Source: Ascoidea asiatica JCM 7603 (Eukaryota; Fungi; Ascomycota). Taken from it: a stretch of 64,000 nt of DNA. The notes beneath the pieces were generated by a model that had not been told where the DNA came from, searched no databases, and worked only from the letters and a program-made list of their open reading frames with translations. The position numbers were made by a program, and so were the translations under genes. Shown here piece after piece: positions 34,845-46,800 of this stretch (position 1 is its first letter; each line of letters begins with the position of its first letter). Where the stretch lies: assembly GCA_001600695.1 (NCBI GenBank), contig BCKQ01000009.1, forward strand, positions 204,913 through 268,912, given 5' to 3'.

Positions 34845-37800
34845 TTATAGAATTCTATAATCATTTGAAAAACTTGATGTTGATGTAAATGTACTACCTC
34901 TATCAAAAATTATTTCTTCAAAAAAATCAGTCGGTTTTTTAATCATTAAATGTAAAATAGTTTGTAAAGATCCTAAATTTAATCCATAATCATCATCACT
35001 TAAAAAACTCATAGAAAAAACCATTGCTAAATTTGATGCATCCATACGATTATTTTCAGATTTTTCTGTTACTCTATTTAAATGTTCAACTAATCTTTTT
35101 AATAAATAAAAATTATATTTAGGTAATTGATGAACAAGTATTCTTAATGTATCTATTACTTCATTTGATTTTGCAGCTAAAACAAATGATGGTAATAATT
35201 CTGTTGTTAAAAGTGAATCTGGCAATTCTCTCAAATATAATTTGAAACATCCTGCTAATGTATTAATTTCTGACCATCTCAGATCATCTAATGTAAAATT
35301 CTCTCCTTCATCAAATGCATGTTTCAATGCTTGAATATTAGCAACTGCTCCTGGAACTCTATAAAGTCCAACTTCATCAAGTCCACGATCTTCAATTTCA
35401 GATAATAATCTTTCAACTACTGTGGGTACAAATGTATGATCTCTTTCACATACATCTTGAATTGGAACTCCAAATATTTTTGTATGACTATTTCCTTTTG
35501 AATCTTTTGAAAGATAATTATATCTTTTTGCATATTGCAATATCTTAACCCAATCTGCTGCATCTCGATTACTTAATCCTTGAAAACAAAACTCTTCTCC
35601 ATCAGAGGCAATTATTTTGAAAAACCCTTCAATATTAGATGAATGGATAATTAATGGTTTAGATTCAAATAATGAAATTTGAAAAGCAGGTTTAGATTTA
35701 GAATCATTCAAAGAATTTGGATCTGGAAGTTCTTGTGGTGAGCATATTTTATCTGCAGTCCAATTATTTCCAACATTCATTGAAAATGGACGAACTGCAC
35801 TTTTGAATAATCCTCCGATTCTAAATCTACCGCCTCCTCCACTTTTATTATTTTGCTGTTGATTTGATGAAACTTGAGTTGAATTAGATGAACTTATCAT
35901 ATTACTTCGAGATGTAGAATTAATAGAGGATGCAGAAGAAGATGATGATGGTTGATGACCATACTGATTAGAAGTGGTAATTGTACTTGTAAATTGCCCA
36001 GGTGAAAGCATTTGAGTTTGAATTTGAGACGATTGCTTACTATCATCAAGCATATCTCTCTTTTTTGAATCACGCTTAATTTTATCATATTCTGCTTCAA
36101 TTAAAGAAGAAAATAATTTGTTTCTTTGTTCATTTCGGGAATATTCTTTACTTTCTCTTTGTGAAGCTTCTTTGATAACCGATCTCGAAAATAAATCTTT
36201 TTTCAATATAAATAAAAAGGAGAGTTTTCCCTTAATATGATCGAATTCTTCTGGAGTAATATTATAATCAAAAGGTTTCATATTCATAACAGACAGAATG
36301 CAGTTGAAAACGAAACGACGTTTATCAAAATTAATCAATTTTTCATTTTCAATAGACATATTAGGGAAATAACTTGCTATTTCTAGTAATCTTTCCATTA
36401 ACCACCCAGAACAAGGCGTAAGATTATATCTTAAATCTTCACTAAGAAGAGAAGTTGGAAATGATGGAAGTAAATCTGACACTGTCTCCCATCTTAAAAG
36501 TTTATTCCCTGTATTGATTTTAGCTGAAGCAAATATCCAATCATTAACAAACCATCTACTTTCTGGTGATATTATAGCTTGAGTTATGCATGTTTCTAAA
36601 AATGATGGAACATGAGATGAATTTTTTGAACTATTCGATTCCTCAAATAAGGCTAATTGCTCCATTCGGCATTGACATATTCTAACCATCTGCAATATTG
36701 TTGTCATTCTATTTCGACGTTCCTCAATAGTAATATGAGGATCGACAACTAGACCAAGAAAATAATGCTCAAATTTTGAATGTAATTCAATTATGCTTTG
36801 AATAGTTGGTGGAAATTTATCAATAAGTTTTTCATCCGGCTTATCAACAAATAAAGTTTCAATATAAGAATAAATAGTTGTAATTCTTAAGTCATCATCC
36901 GAGGTTTTGTTTGTTGAAGATTTATAATTAAATAAGCTGAGAGGACTTTTAACACTTTGAATTTCTAACAATTCAAATACAATTAACCAATCCGAAATAG
37001 AAATACAATTGAAAGTTTCACATATTAAAATATCAAATTTTTCAATCAACTCTTCGATTTCAGCAAACATATTAACAGCAGGTAGCATTGCATATTGAGG
37101 GATGGCAGTAATAGATGAAGAATAAGTTATTGGAGTGATATAAGGTTCAATAGGTCTATATGATTTTTTGACATAAGTTTTTTTAATACGTTTATACAAT
37201 ACAACAACTTGACTGAATATCTTCTTTAAATCATCATATTCTTCTGAGAATCTGTATTTCTTTAGAACTGCTCTCCATTCCAGATAAACTTCTTGGTCGA
37301 TAATTTTTATAATTTCCAGAAATATCTGTTTGATGGATAGATCATCACCAAAATCAGTGAAATGATCGGAAACTAAAACACATAAAGCTTCAAGTACTCC
37401 AATATCAATTTGACCAACATATTTCCAATTAATTTCAGGATCATCTGGCTGAATAGGAGAGTCCCAATCAGGAAAAACATAATCATCTGCATGATAATTA
37501 TTTTCTTTTAATTTTTTTAATGAAATTGCAGCTGATCTAGCACCCACAAAACGTCTTCCAAGACTTTCTAGAAGAGTTGCTGGTGAACAAAAACTTCTAT
37601 AAACAGAAAAAAAAGTAGGAGTGAAAATATTTAAATCCATGTTAAGATTAACAAAGTTATATGCAAAGTTGTCACCATTTTGTAATTTAAGAAAGTATTT
37701 ATCAATATCAGCTTTATCAACAAAATGGGAAAATATTCCTGGAGTTAAAACCAAAATATCAATTAATCTTTCTAATGAAACAGCCTTTATTAAAACATCA

Positions 37801-40800
37801 ATTGATTTTGGTTTATCTAATAAATTGAACATATCATCAGTATCAATGACTGATATTCTTTTGTTATCTGGAGACTCTGCTAATGTGCTATTATCATCTT
37901 GATTCTCTATTCCGATAGATTTACTATCCGATTGAGTTTTGAAAATAATATCATTGGAAATGTGTAATAAAGAAATATCTATATTAAAAGCATCTTTAAT
38001 ATGATCAATAAATAAATTATCACCGTTAATATTTGAAGCAGAAATATAATTGAGAATATCAACATCATCAACCCCTGTTATATGAGCATTTGAATTGGGT
38101 GCTGAAATATGATCTATTTTTCTTTCATTATCTTCACTATTATCATTATGAACTAATCTTCTTTCCCTTTCTCTTTCCTTTCTTCTGTTTCTAGCAATAC
38201 CAGCTGATTCTAAAACAGAATCTTCGTCAAAAAATACAAAAGAAGGTATTGGATGATTGAAAATTATGGGAGGAAAAGTACCGGCACTCAATGCAGTTTT
38301 AGAAGAATTATGATAAGGAAAATAATGTCCAATAAGAGGAGGTTCAACTTCTAAAGATAGTTCCATTATATGTTCTTGTTTTAATGGGGGCATCGAAACA
38401 TGAATACTTAAAAGATTGTATAATAATTTTTGAAAACTTGGTAAATATTTTGGTAAAGGACCAAAATCTTCAACATCTTGAACTTGTTCTAAATATTCAT
38501 CCCATCTTGAAAAGGATATTTTTATACGTTGATCTCTTTTTTCACATTGTCTTATAGTTGATTTCAAGGCTTTTTTAATGGTAAGATCACCGAAATATGG
38601 TACAACACGAGATTTTGAATATGTTTTACCAATACCATCTGGAGCAATAACATGATAAGCAGATCTATGAGAAGCCTCAGTTAATAAAGTTCTTCTATCT
38701 AGTTCATATATTACAGGACCAAAATGATTCGAAATGATTTTTTGAACCGAAGTTTCAACATACGACCATGTTTTTCTTAATCTTAAAATTGGTATTGAAG
38801 TTATTAAAGAAGCAATTGCTAACCAACTAACCATATCACCTTTTTTATCAAAAAATTCACCTAATCTTATCCATCTTGATAGAATTTTGGCACGTAATTG
38901 AGGATTTTCACGAGATTTTTCATCAACAAAAATATGATCAATCATTAATCTACCTAAATAATGAATATTTGTAAGTCCATTATAAATCAATGGATTATAT
39001 CTTGAATAAACATAACCAGTTTCGTATAATAAAGAAGGATCTGTTTTGGGATTCCATTCTTTATTAAATTTCAAATCCATTAAATTAATTTGATCAGCAA
39101 ATTCATTTAATTCAATTTTCAAAAATCTTTCAGCAGATAAAGATTGTTCTTCTTTTAAAGGTCTTGAAATATTATTTTTATCAAAAACCAACAATTCTGT
39201 CATTTCCTTTTGTCTTGAATTTATTGAATTTTTTAAAGAAAGACCTAATTCCTGATTATGAATTGTGATTAATTCTAATAATCTTAATAAATTCTCAAAA
39301 ATATTTTGATCTAATAACATTCCAGAAAATCTATCTTGAATTTTGATTACAACTAAAGCTAATCTTCTTGTGATTTTCAAATCTGTAATTTCAGAAATTT
39401 TTATAGTTTTATAAATATTTTGGGGAATTGGGAATTTTAAAGTTGAAATACAACGTTTTAAGTATTGTGGGTCGGAAGTAAAAGTTATAGAATATTCAAT
39501 AAAATATTCAATACATTGTTTTATATCACCAAATAAAGGTAGAATTGATAAAGTTTTTTCAGTAAAAATATCATCATCATCATCATTAAATAAAATATAA
39601 TGACAAATTGATTCTAAAGATCCGGTGGTTACAATTTTATTAGTTGATTCATCAAATTGTAAATCAGGATGTGGATTAATATCAGAAAAATAAGATAATT
39701 TTGGTTTAATTGTTGGGATTGCTGGAATATTTGATAATTTATTATTATTTGAATTGATTGAATTTGCAGTTAATCTATTATTATTTCTATTATTAACTGA
39801 ATTATTATCATTAACAACAGAAATATTTCTTGAATGTCGTACTTGTTGACTTTCATCCGATTGATGAGCTTGTTGATGTTGATTTTGTTGATGTTGACTT
39901 TGTTGTTGTTGTTGCTGATATTGTTTTGATAAAGTTGGATCAAAAGACTTTATATTTAAATCGTTTGGTAATTTATATAATAAAAGATTTGGACCTTTTA
40001 GTTCAGCTTTGAAAATTTTCCAACTATCTTGATTAATATTATTTGACCAACTATTAATATTATTGCTAATTGTTTTATTTAAATAACCAATTTTGAAAAT
40101 ATTTGTATCATAATTTAAAGTTGATAATTTTGGTTGATTAATTGTGATGAAATTATTTGATCTATTTGGTATAATTGGTAATGGATTTAGAGTATTTAAA
40201 CTCAAATTAGAATTAGCGCTATTAATATTAATGTTCAGATCATATGAATTCAAATTTGAACTTGTATTGTTAGTATTACTATTATTATTATTATTATCTG
40301 AATCATTTATTGAATTAGGAGTATTAATGTTATTAATGGTATGTTGATAATTTACAGGAGTTTTATTTGAAGATATAAAAGAATTAGAATCATTATTAAT
40401 ATTAATAATATTATTTTTAACTAAATTTAAATTATTTGTATTACTATTTGAATTATTTGAATTATTTGAATATTCAAATTTCACATTTGAAGGACTTGAA
40501 ATACTTGAAATACTTGAAATATTATTTGAATTTTTATTTGAATTTAAAGATAAATCATTAAATGAGTTTGATATATTATTACTAATATTATTGTTGTTGT
40601 TAGTATTACTACTACTATTATTATTATTATTATTAGATATATTGATATTTTTATTTGTAGTCATAATTTGATTAATTTTATTTATATTTATATTTGAATT
40701 TGAATTTGAAGAATTATTTGAAGATATTAAATGTAAATTAGATTTAGAATTATTATTAGAAGTATGACTTGAATTGTTTATTGAATTATTGTTCGAGTTA

Positions 40801-41342
40801 TTAATTGAATTGGAGATTGAAATTGAATCAGATTTTGAAGATAATATATCAGGATGTAAATGTAATTGTATTAAATTATTTTTTTCATTTATATTTGAAT
40901 TACTTATTGTTGAAGAAGAAGAATTAGAATTAGAATTAGAAGGTGATAAATATGAATTAAAATTTAGATTATTAGTAATAGTATTAGTATTAGTATTAGT
41001 ATTAGTATTACCAGGAATGTTATTTAAAGAAAGTTGAAACAGACTAATGGAATCTTCAATATTGTTGTGGTTATTATTGATATTATTAGTATTAGTATCT
41101 AGGTCAGAAAATGAATTAGAAGATATAAGAGAAGAAGTAATAGAAGAGTGATTAGAAATTGTATTTGAAGAATGGCCTGAAGAAGGATTGGAAGATTTGT
41201 TTGAAGAAGCTGAAGCTGAAGCTGAAGCAGAAGCAGAAGCAGAAGCTGAAGAAGAAGAAGAAGAAGAAGAAGAAGAGTTTGAGTTGTTGACGTGAGAAAC
41301 ACTGCGACGTTTATTTCTTGAAGTCCACTTCATTTTTTTCAT
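34845..41342 (-). CDS. BEM2: Rho GTPase-activating protein Bem2 (RasGEF-like, PH and RhoGAP domains)
   Basis: RhoGAP (IFGVPIQDVCER, RGLDEVGLYRVPG, NRMDASNLAMVF) and RasGEF-like regions (GDMVSWLAIA, VVPYFGDL, INFDKRRF). First ATG is at 41342; the track start at 41450 is a GTG. Confidence 0.93.
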   Translation of the reverse strand: MKKMKWTSRNKRRSVSHVNNSNSSSSSSSSSSASASASASASASASSNKSSNPSSGHSSNTISNHSSITSSLISSNSFSDLDTNTNNINNNHNNIEDSISLFQLSLNNIPGNTNTNTNTNTITNNLNFNSYLSPSNSNSNSSSSTISNSNINEKNNLIQLHLHPDILSSKSDSISISNSINNSNNNSINNSSHTSNNNSKSNLHLISSNNSSNSNSNININKINQIMTTNKNINISNNNNNNSSSNTNNNNNISNNISNSFNDLSLNSNKNSNNISSISSISSPSNVKFEYSNNSNNSNSNTNNLNLVKNNIININNDSNSFISSNKTPVNYQHTINNINTPNSINDSDNNNNNSNTNNTSSNLNSYDLNININSANSNLSLNTLNPLPIIPNRSNNFITINQPKLSTLNYDTNIFKIGYLNKTISNNINSWSNNINQDSWKIFKAELKGPNLLLYKLPNDLNIKSFDPTLSKQYQQQQQQSQHQQNQHQQAHQSDESQQVRHSRNISVVNDNNSVNNRNNNRLTANSINSNNNKLSNIPAIPTIKPKLSYFSDINPHPDLQFDESTNKIVTTGSLESICHYILFNDDDDDIFTEKTLSILPLFGDIKQCIEYFIEYSITFTSDPQYLKRCISTLKFPIPQNIYKTIKISEITDLKITRRLALVVIKIQDRFSGMLLDQNIFENLLRLLELITIHNQELGLSLKNSINSRQKEMTELLVFDKNNISRPLKEEQSLSAERFLKIELNEFADQINLMDLKFNKEWNPKTDPSLLYETGYVYSRYNPLIYNGLTNIHYLGRLMIDHIFVDEKSRENPQLRAKILSRWIRLGEFFDKKGDMVSWLAIASLITSIPILRLRKTWSYVETSVQKIISNHFGPVIYELDRRTLLTEASHRSAYHVIAPDGIGKTYSKSRVVPYFGDLTIKKALKSTIRQCEKRDQRIKISFSRWDEYLEQVQDVEDFGPLPKYLPSFQKLLYNLLSIHVSMPPLKQEHIMELSLEVEPPLIGHYFPYHNSSKTALSAGTFPPIIFNHPIPSFVFFDEDSVLESAGIARNRRKERERERRLVHNDNSEDNERKIDHISAPNSNAHITGVDDVDILNYISASNINGDNLFIDHIKDAFNIDISLLHISNDIIFKTQSDSKSIGIENQDDNSTLAESPDNKRISVIDTDDMFNLLDKPKSIDVLIKAVSLERLIDILVLTPGIFSHFVDKADIDKYFLKLQNGDNFAYNFVNLNMDLNIFTPTFFSVYRSFCSPATLLESLGRRFVGARSAAISLKKLKENNYHADDYVFPDWDSPIQPDDPEINWKYVGQIDIGVLEALCVLVSDHFTDFGDDLSIKQIFLEIIKIIDQEVYLEWRAVLKKYRFSEEYDDLKKIFSQVVVLYKRIKKTYVKKSYRPIEPYITPITYSSSITAIPQYAMLPAVNMFAEIEELIEKFDILICETFNCISISDWLIVFELLEIQSVKSPLSLFNYKSSTNKTSDDDLRITTIYSYIETLFVDKPDEKLIDKFPPTIQSIIELHSKFEHYFLGLVVDPHITIEERRNRMTTILQMVRICQCRMEQLALFEESNSSKNSSHVPSFLETCITQAIISPESRWFVNDWIFASAKINTGNKLLRWETVSDLLPSFPTSLLSEDLRYNLTPCSGWLMERLLEIASYFPNMSIENEKLINFDKRRFVFNCILSVMNMKPFDYNITPEEFDHIKGKLSFLFILKKDLFSRSVIKEASQRESKEYSRNEQRNKLFSSLIEAEYDKIKRDSKKRDMLDDSKQSSQIQTQMLSPGQFTSTITTSNQYGHQPSSSSSASSINSTSRSNMISSSNSTQVSSNQQQNNKSGGGGRFRIGGLFKSAVRPFSMNVGNNWTADKICSPQELPDPNSLNDSKSKPAFQISLFESKPLIIHSSNIEGFFKIIASDGEEFCFQGLSNRDAADWVKILQYAKRYNYLSKDSKGNSHTKIFGVPIQDVCERDHTFVPTVVERLLSEIEDRGLDEVGLYRVPGAVANIQALKHAFDEGENFTLDDLRWSEINTLAGCFKLYLRELPDSLLTTELLPSFVLAAKSNEVIDTLRILVHQLPKYNFYLLKRLVEHLNRVTEKSENNRMDASNLAMVFSMSFLSDDDYGLNLGSLQTILHLMIKKPTDFFEEIIFDRGSTFTSTSSFSNDYRIL

Positions 41343-41659
41343 TCTGATAGTTTCAAACAGACAAATCAAGAGAAAATCAGTAGATAATAAAGAGAATAAT
41401 ATGGAATACTTGTAATGAAGTAAAATATAAATAAGTATTGAATTGTACACTGATATTATTTGGCATTAGTGACTGGCACCACTATTATTATTATTATTAG
41501 TAGCACTTAGAGTAGCAGTAGCAGTAGTATTAGCAGTAGTCGTATTTGATAATGTGGTTTTATTAGCATTATTATTATTATTATTACTATTATTATTATT
41601 ACTATTATTATTGGTATTAACACCAATATTAATACCCATATCAATAAATGGTATGGGTT

Positions 41660-41945
41660 GAATATTGGAATACGTAACGTTGGTTGTTGTGTATGTGCTA
41701 AGTACTGCAGTAACGTACCACTGCTGCGGTGCTGACCAAGCCGCGTTTGTCTCTACCTGTACTGTATGCACAGTTAACTTAACAACTAAAGCTTAGCGTT
41801 TGCGTTACTGTTCTTTCTCTGTTAGGCTTTCGTGTTCTCTCCAACATGGCTAATCACTGGAAAGTACCCGTTACCCGGACGTGGCTGTTATTTGTTTACT
41901 CGGTTTCGATAAGCAATCCTGAGACCAGAAATACGGGTTACTTAA
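41660..41945. promoter_or_regulatory. GC-rich island upstream of BEM2 with a Reb1-type site
   Basis: TTACCCGG at 41871-41878, preceded by GTACCCG. Confidence 0.55.
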
Positions 41946-42290
41946 TTTTATAATTTACCAATATTATTGTTAGATTACTGGTGCATACAATTATACAATT
42001 GTTAATATGATACAAGAATGTTTTTTCAATTGCCTTTTAGAGTATTTTATCAAATGATTCAAATAAATAATAAAGCTTTTTCATAATTTGAATTACAAGC
42101 TTTGAAACGATTCAAAGCAATAAAAGTCGTAGAAGTTAAAGATGAAGAAGAAATACTGTATAATATAATAAAAATTATATGAATTATTTATTTATTCGAA
42201 CAAGTATTAACAAATAAATCATCAATCCTAATTTTCCCATTGAATTTATTACCATTATTCATACCAATACTTTTTTCGATACCTTTATTA

Positions 42291-42343
<53 letters not shown>

Positions 42344-42400
42344 ATTTGAAATGAATCTCCCATTTTTTTTAAAGATAATTATTTAATTCCTTACCAATTC

Positions 42401-43360
42401 TTAGATGATAAAGCTATTACTGGAATCATCGCTGAGATTATTGTTGGATTCATTGTTCGATTCGTCATTCGATTCTTCATTTGATTCTTCATTCGATTCA
42501 TTGCTCAATTCATAATTGGAATCATAATTTGATTCATGACTAGATTCATTTTCTAAATCAATTAAAAATTTGGCATTTTCTCTTTCAATTTCAGATTTAC
42601 AAATCCAGGTGGATGAAACAGTGAATAGAAAAAATAAAGAATCGAATATTATACACAGATAAAGCCTTTCTTTGATAAAGAAAATTATTTGGAATACAAA
42701 AGAGAGTACAAATAATAATCCCAAAATAAACTTCTGAATATAAAATTCATACCAATCTATTGGCGGTACAATAATAAGATTATTTGGATCTTTTTTATCT
42801 CTGTTATTATAAATACATTTCACACCTATAGGAATTCCATTGAATTGTAAATAATAAACATAAGAAACCTCACCATTACTAGTAGTATCAAATCATTTGA
42901 AAAATTCGCGATCTGAAGGACATGACTCTCCAAATTTCAAAACTAATTTAGACTTCCAACCTTCAGGTAATTTACCGTCTGTAACAATTTCTTTATTTTA
43001 ATTCATGTAGGTAATAATTTTATCAATTTCTTTATTTTTGAAATAATTGAAAAATTTACAGAAATTTTTCTTTTTATATGAAGATAGAATGAAAATGCAG
43101 ATTGAAAGCGAAATTATCAAATGGGATAATAATATTATCGGTTCAAATTGAAATAAATTTAAAATATATAATTCGTAGTTCAATGATAAAGTTAATATTA
43201 AAAACCAAAATATTTTTTTTATGAAATTTGAAATATCTAAAATTGATGTAGGGTATGTTTCATAATAATTTCTCAAAAAAAAAACTGCTTGCATAAGTTT
43301 AAAGATTGGATTCATCATTATTAAAAATAATGTAATTTCAACTGCGGTGTTTTTTTCCAT
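42401..43360 (-). pseudogene. Interrupted gene for an unassigned multi-pass membrane protein
   Basis: Track ORFs 43360-42998 and 42823-42401 are in the same frame. The linker is coding-like and has only TAA (43000-42998) and TGA (42895-42893). Confidence 0.6.
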
Positions 43361-43641
43361 TTTTTATATTATTATTTATTATTAAATTTCATATTTCAGC
43401 TAAAATATCAACTTTAATAGTCTTGATAAAAGCTTTTATCAATATATTTGTATATTCTTTATATTTAGGATATATTTTGTCTTATCATCTCTTTAAAGTT
43501 GCGGTCGGGTTGTACCATTACCATGGGTCTGCACCTCAAGTTTGGTCTCTGTTTTAAAAACGGAAATTTCAAATATTATTTTTCCGAACGTTAGTACAAT
43601 TTTCTAAATTTTATGTTTTGAATTTTTTTTTCAACTCTCAT

Positions 43642-43652
43642 TGAAAAATTTT
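43642..43652 (+). promoter_or_regulatory. RRPE element upstream of KRE33
   Basis: Exact TGAAAAATTTT, with further RRPE-like copies near 43619-43633 and 43789-43799. Expected for a ribosome-biogenesis gene. Confidence 0.75.
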
Positions 43653-43820
43653 ACTGATTAGCCTGATAACAATAGATAGAGACACTTAATATTGATAAAA
43701 AAAGGTATTAAAATCTGCATTAGATTAATTTTTTCTTGTTTTCATACAATAAATCTTATTGCGAATCTTTTTCAATTTAAATCAAATTAAAAATTTTCAT
43801 CTTGTTTCTCATAAATCACA

Positions 43821-46800
43821 ATGGGGAAAAAAGCAATTGATTCTCGTATTCCTGCTCTTATAAGAAATGGAATTCAAGAGAAAAAAAGATCTTTTTTTAT
43901 AATGGTTGGAGATAAAGCTCGAAATCAACTACCAAATCTTCATTATTTAATGATGTCTGCAAATTTGAAAATGAATAAATCTGTTTTATGGGCTTATAAA
44001 AAAAAATTAATGGGTTTTACTTCTCATAGAAAAAAAAGAGAAGCAAAAATTAAAAAAGAAATTAAAAAAGGTATAAGAGAAGTTAATGATCAAGATCCGT
44101 TTGAAGCTTTTATTTCGAATCAACATATTAGATATGTATATTATAAAGAAACTGAAAAAATCTTAGGTAATACTTTTGGTATGTGTATTTTACAAGATTT
44201 TGAAGCTTTAACTCCAAATTTATTAGCAAGAACTATAGAAACTGTTGAAGGTGGTGGTCTTGTAATAATTTTATTAAAATCATTGAATTCTTTAAAACAG
44301 TTATATACAATGTCAATGGATGTTCATTCTCGTTATAGAACAGAAGCTCATAATGATGTAATAGCAAGATTTAATGAAAGATTTATACTTTCTTTAAATT
44401 CTTGTAATACATGTCTTGTTGTTGATGATGAATTAAATGTTTTACCAATTTCTGGTGCCAAAAATATTAAACAATTACCACCAAAAGATGATGATGAATT
44501 ATCTGAAAGAGAAATTGAATTAAATGAACTAAAAAAAAGTATTGAAGATGTTCAACCTGCTGGTGATTTAGTTGCTTTAGCTAAAACTGTTAATCAAGGT
44601 AATGCAATTATAACTTTTATTGATGCAATTGCTGAAAAAACTTTAAAAAGTACTGTTACCTTAACTGCTGGAAGAGGTAGAGGTAAATCAGCTGCTTTAG
44701 GTATAGCTATTTCTGCAGCAATTTCTCACGGTTATTCAAATATTTTTGTTACTTCTCCAAGTCCAGAAAATTTAAAAACTTTATTTGAATTTATTTTTAA
44801 AGGTTTTGATGTTTTAGGTTATACTGAACATTTAGATTATAATATTATTCAATCAACTAATCCTTCTTTTAATAAAGCTATAGTTAGAGTTGATATCAAA
44901 GGTGATCATCGTCAAACAATTCAATATATTTCCCCTTCTGATTCTCATGTTTTAGGACAAGCAGAATTACTTATTATTGATGAAGCTGCTGCTATACCTT
45001 TACCTTTAGTTAAAAAATTATTAGGTCCGTATTTAATTTTTATGGCTTCAACTATAAATGGTTATGAAGGGACTGGTAGATCACTTTCACTAAAATTAAT
45101 TCAACAGTTAAGAACTCAATCAACTTTAACAAATATTCCAAATGATACTCAATTAACAACAAGAGATAATAACAATAACAAATCTAATTCTGATAATTTA
45201 ATTACATATGGAAGAACTTTAAAAGAATTAGTTTTAGATGAACCTATAAGATATGCACCTGGTGATCCTGTTGAAAAATGGTTAAATAAATTATTATGTC
45301 TTGATGCAACATTGAGTAGAAGTTCAAAATTTTCAACAAAGGGTACACCACATCCATCTGAATGTAGATTATGTTATGTAAATAGAGATACATTATTTTC
45401 TTATCATCCAGTTTCTGAAGCTTTTTTACAAAAAATGATGGCACTTTATGTTGCAAGTCATTATAAAAATTCACCAAATGATTTACAATTAATGAGTGAT
45501 GCACCTGCTCATCAATTATTTGTTTTATTTCCACCAACCAAACCAAATGATAATAAAATTCCAGATCCATTATGTGTTATTCAAGTTGCACTTGAAGGTG
45601 AAATTTCGAAAGATAGTGTTAGAAAAAGTTTAATTCGTGGTGAAAGAGCAGGAGGAGATTTAATTCCATGGGTTGTTTCTCAACAATTTCAAGATGAAAA
45701 TTTTCCAAGTTTATCAGGTGCAAGAATTGTTAGAATTGCAACAAATCCAGATTATGTAGGTATGGGATATGGAACAAGAGCATTAGAATTATTAAAAGAT
45801 TATTATGAAGGAAAATTTACAAATTTATCAGAAAATTTTAAAGAAAAAGATTATTCATTAAAAAGATTTAGTGATAAAGAATTTTCAAAAATGAGTTTAG
45901 ATAAAGATGAAATTAAACTTAGAGATTCAAAAAGTTTACCACCATTATTTTTAGAATTAAGTGATCATTCACCATATAAATTAGATTATTTAGGAACATC
46001 ATTTGGATTAACATCTCAATTACATAAATTTTGGAAAAAAAGTGGATTTGTACCAGTTTATTTAAGACAAACAGTAAATGATTTAACAGGAGAAAATACA
46101 TGTGTAATGTTAAATGTTTTAAAAGATAAAGATTCAAAATGGTTAGAAGAATTTTCAAAAGATTTTCATAAAAGATTTTTATCACTTTTATCATATAATT
46201 TTAAAAAATTTACATCAATTGAAGCATTAAATATAATTGAAAGTAGTAAATTCGGAGAAGAAAGTGAATTTAAAAAAATTGAATTTAATAAAAATGAATT
46301 AGAAAGATATTTTTCTCAATATGACTTAAAAAGATTAGAATCATATTCAAATAATTTATTAGATTATCATGTTATACTTGATATGATTCCAAGTATTAGT
46401 CGATTATATTTTTCAGATCAAATTTCTGAAGAAATTAATTTATCAAGTGTTCAAAAAGCTATTTTATTATCAATTGGATTACAAAATAAAGATATTGAAG
46501 AAATTTCAAAAGAATTGAATATACCTATGAATCAATCAATGGCAATGTTTGCTAAGATTATTAGAAAAATTTCAACATGTTTTAGAGAAGTTGTAAGTAA
46601 ATCAATTGAAGAAACTTTACCAGAATTTAAAGATAAAACAGTTGCGGAAATGAATGGAGAAGAAATTGAAGAAATTAAAGATATGGAAGATATTGAAAAA
46701 GAAATGGAAGATGATTTAGAAAAAGCAGGAATTGATGCAGTTATTAATGCAAAACAAAAAGAATTAATAAATTCATTAGTTTTAGATAAATATGAAATTG

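Noticed and set aside
41859-41944. GGAAAGTACCCG...CGGGTTACTT as an RNase P/MRP P4 helix
   Set aside because: The strands are only about 65 nt apart, the bulge is on the wrong strand and other conserved regions are absent. Inverted Reb1-like sites explain it.
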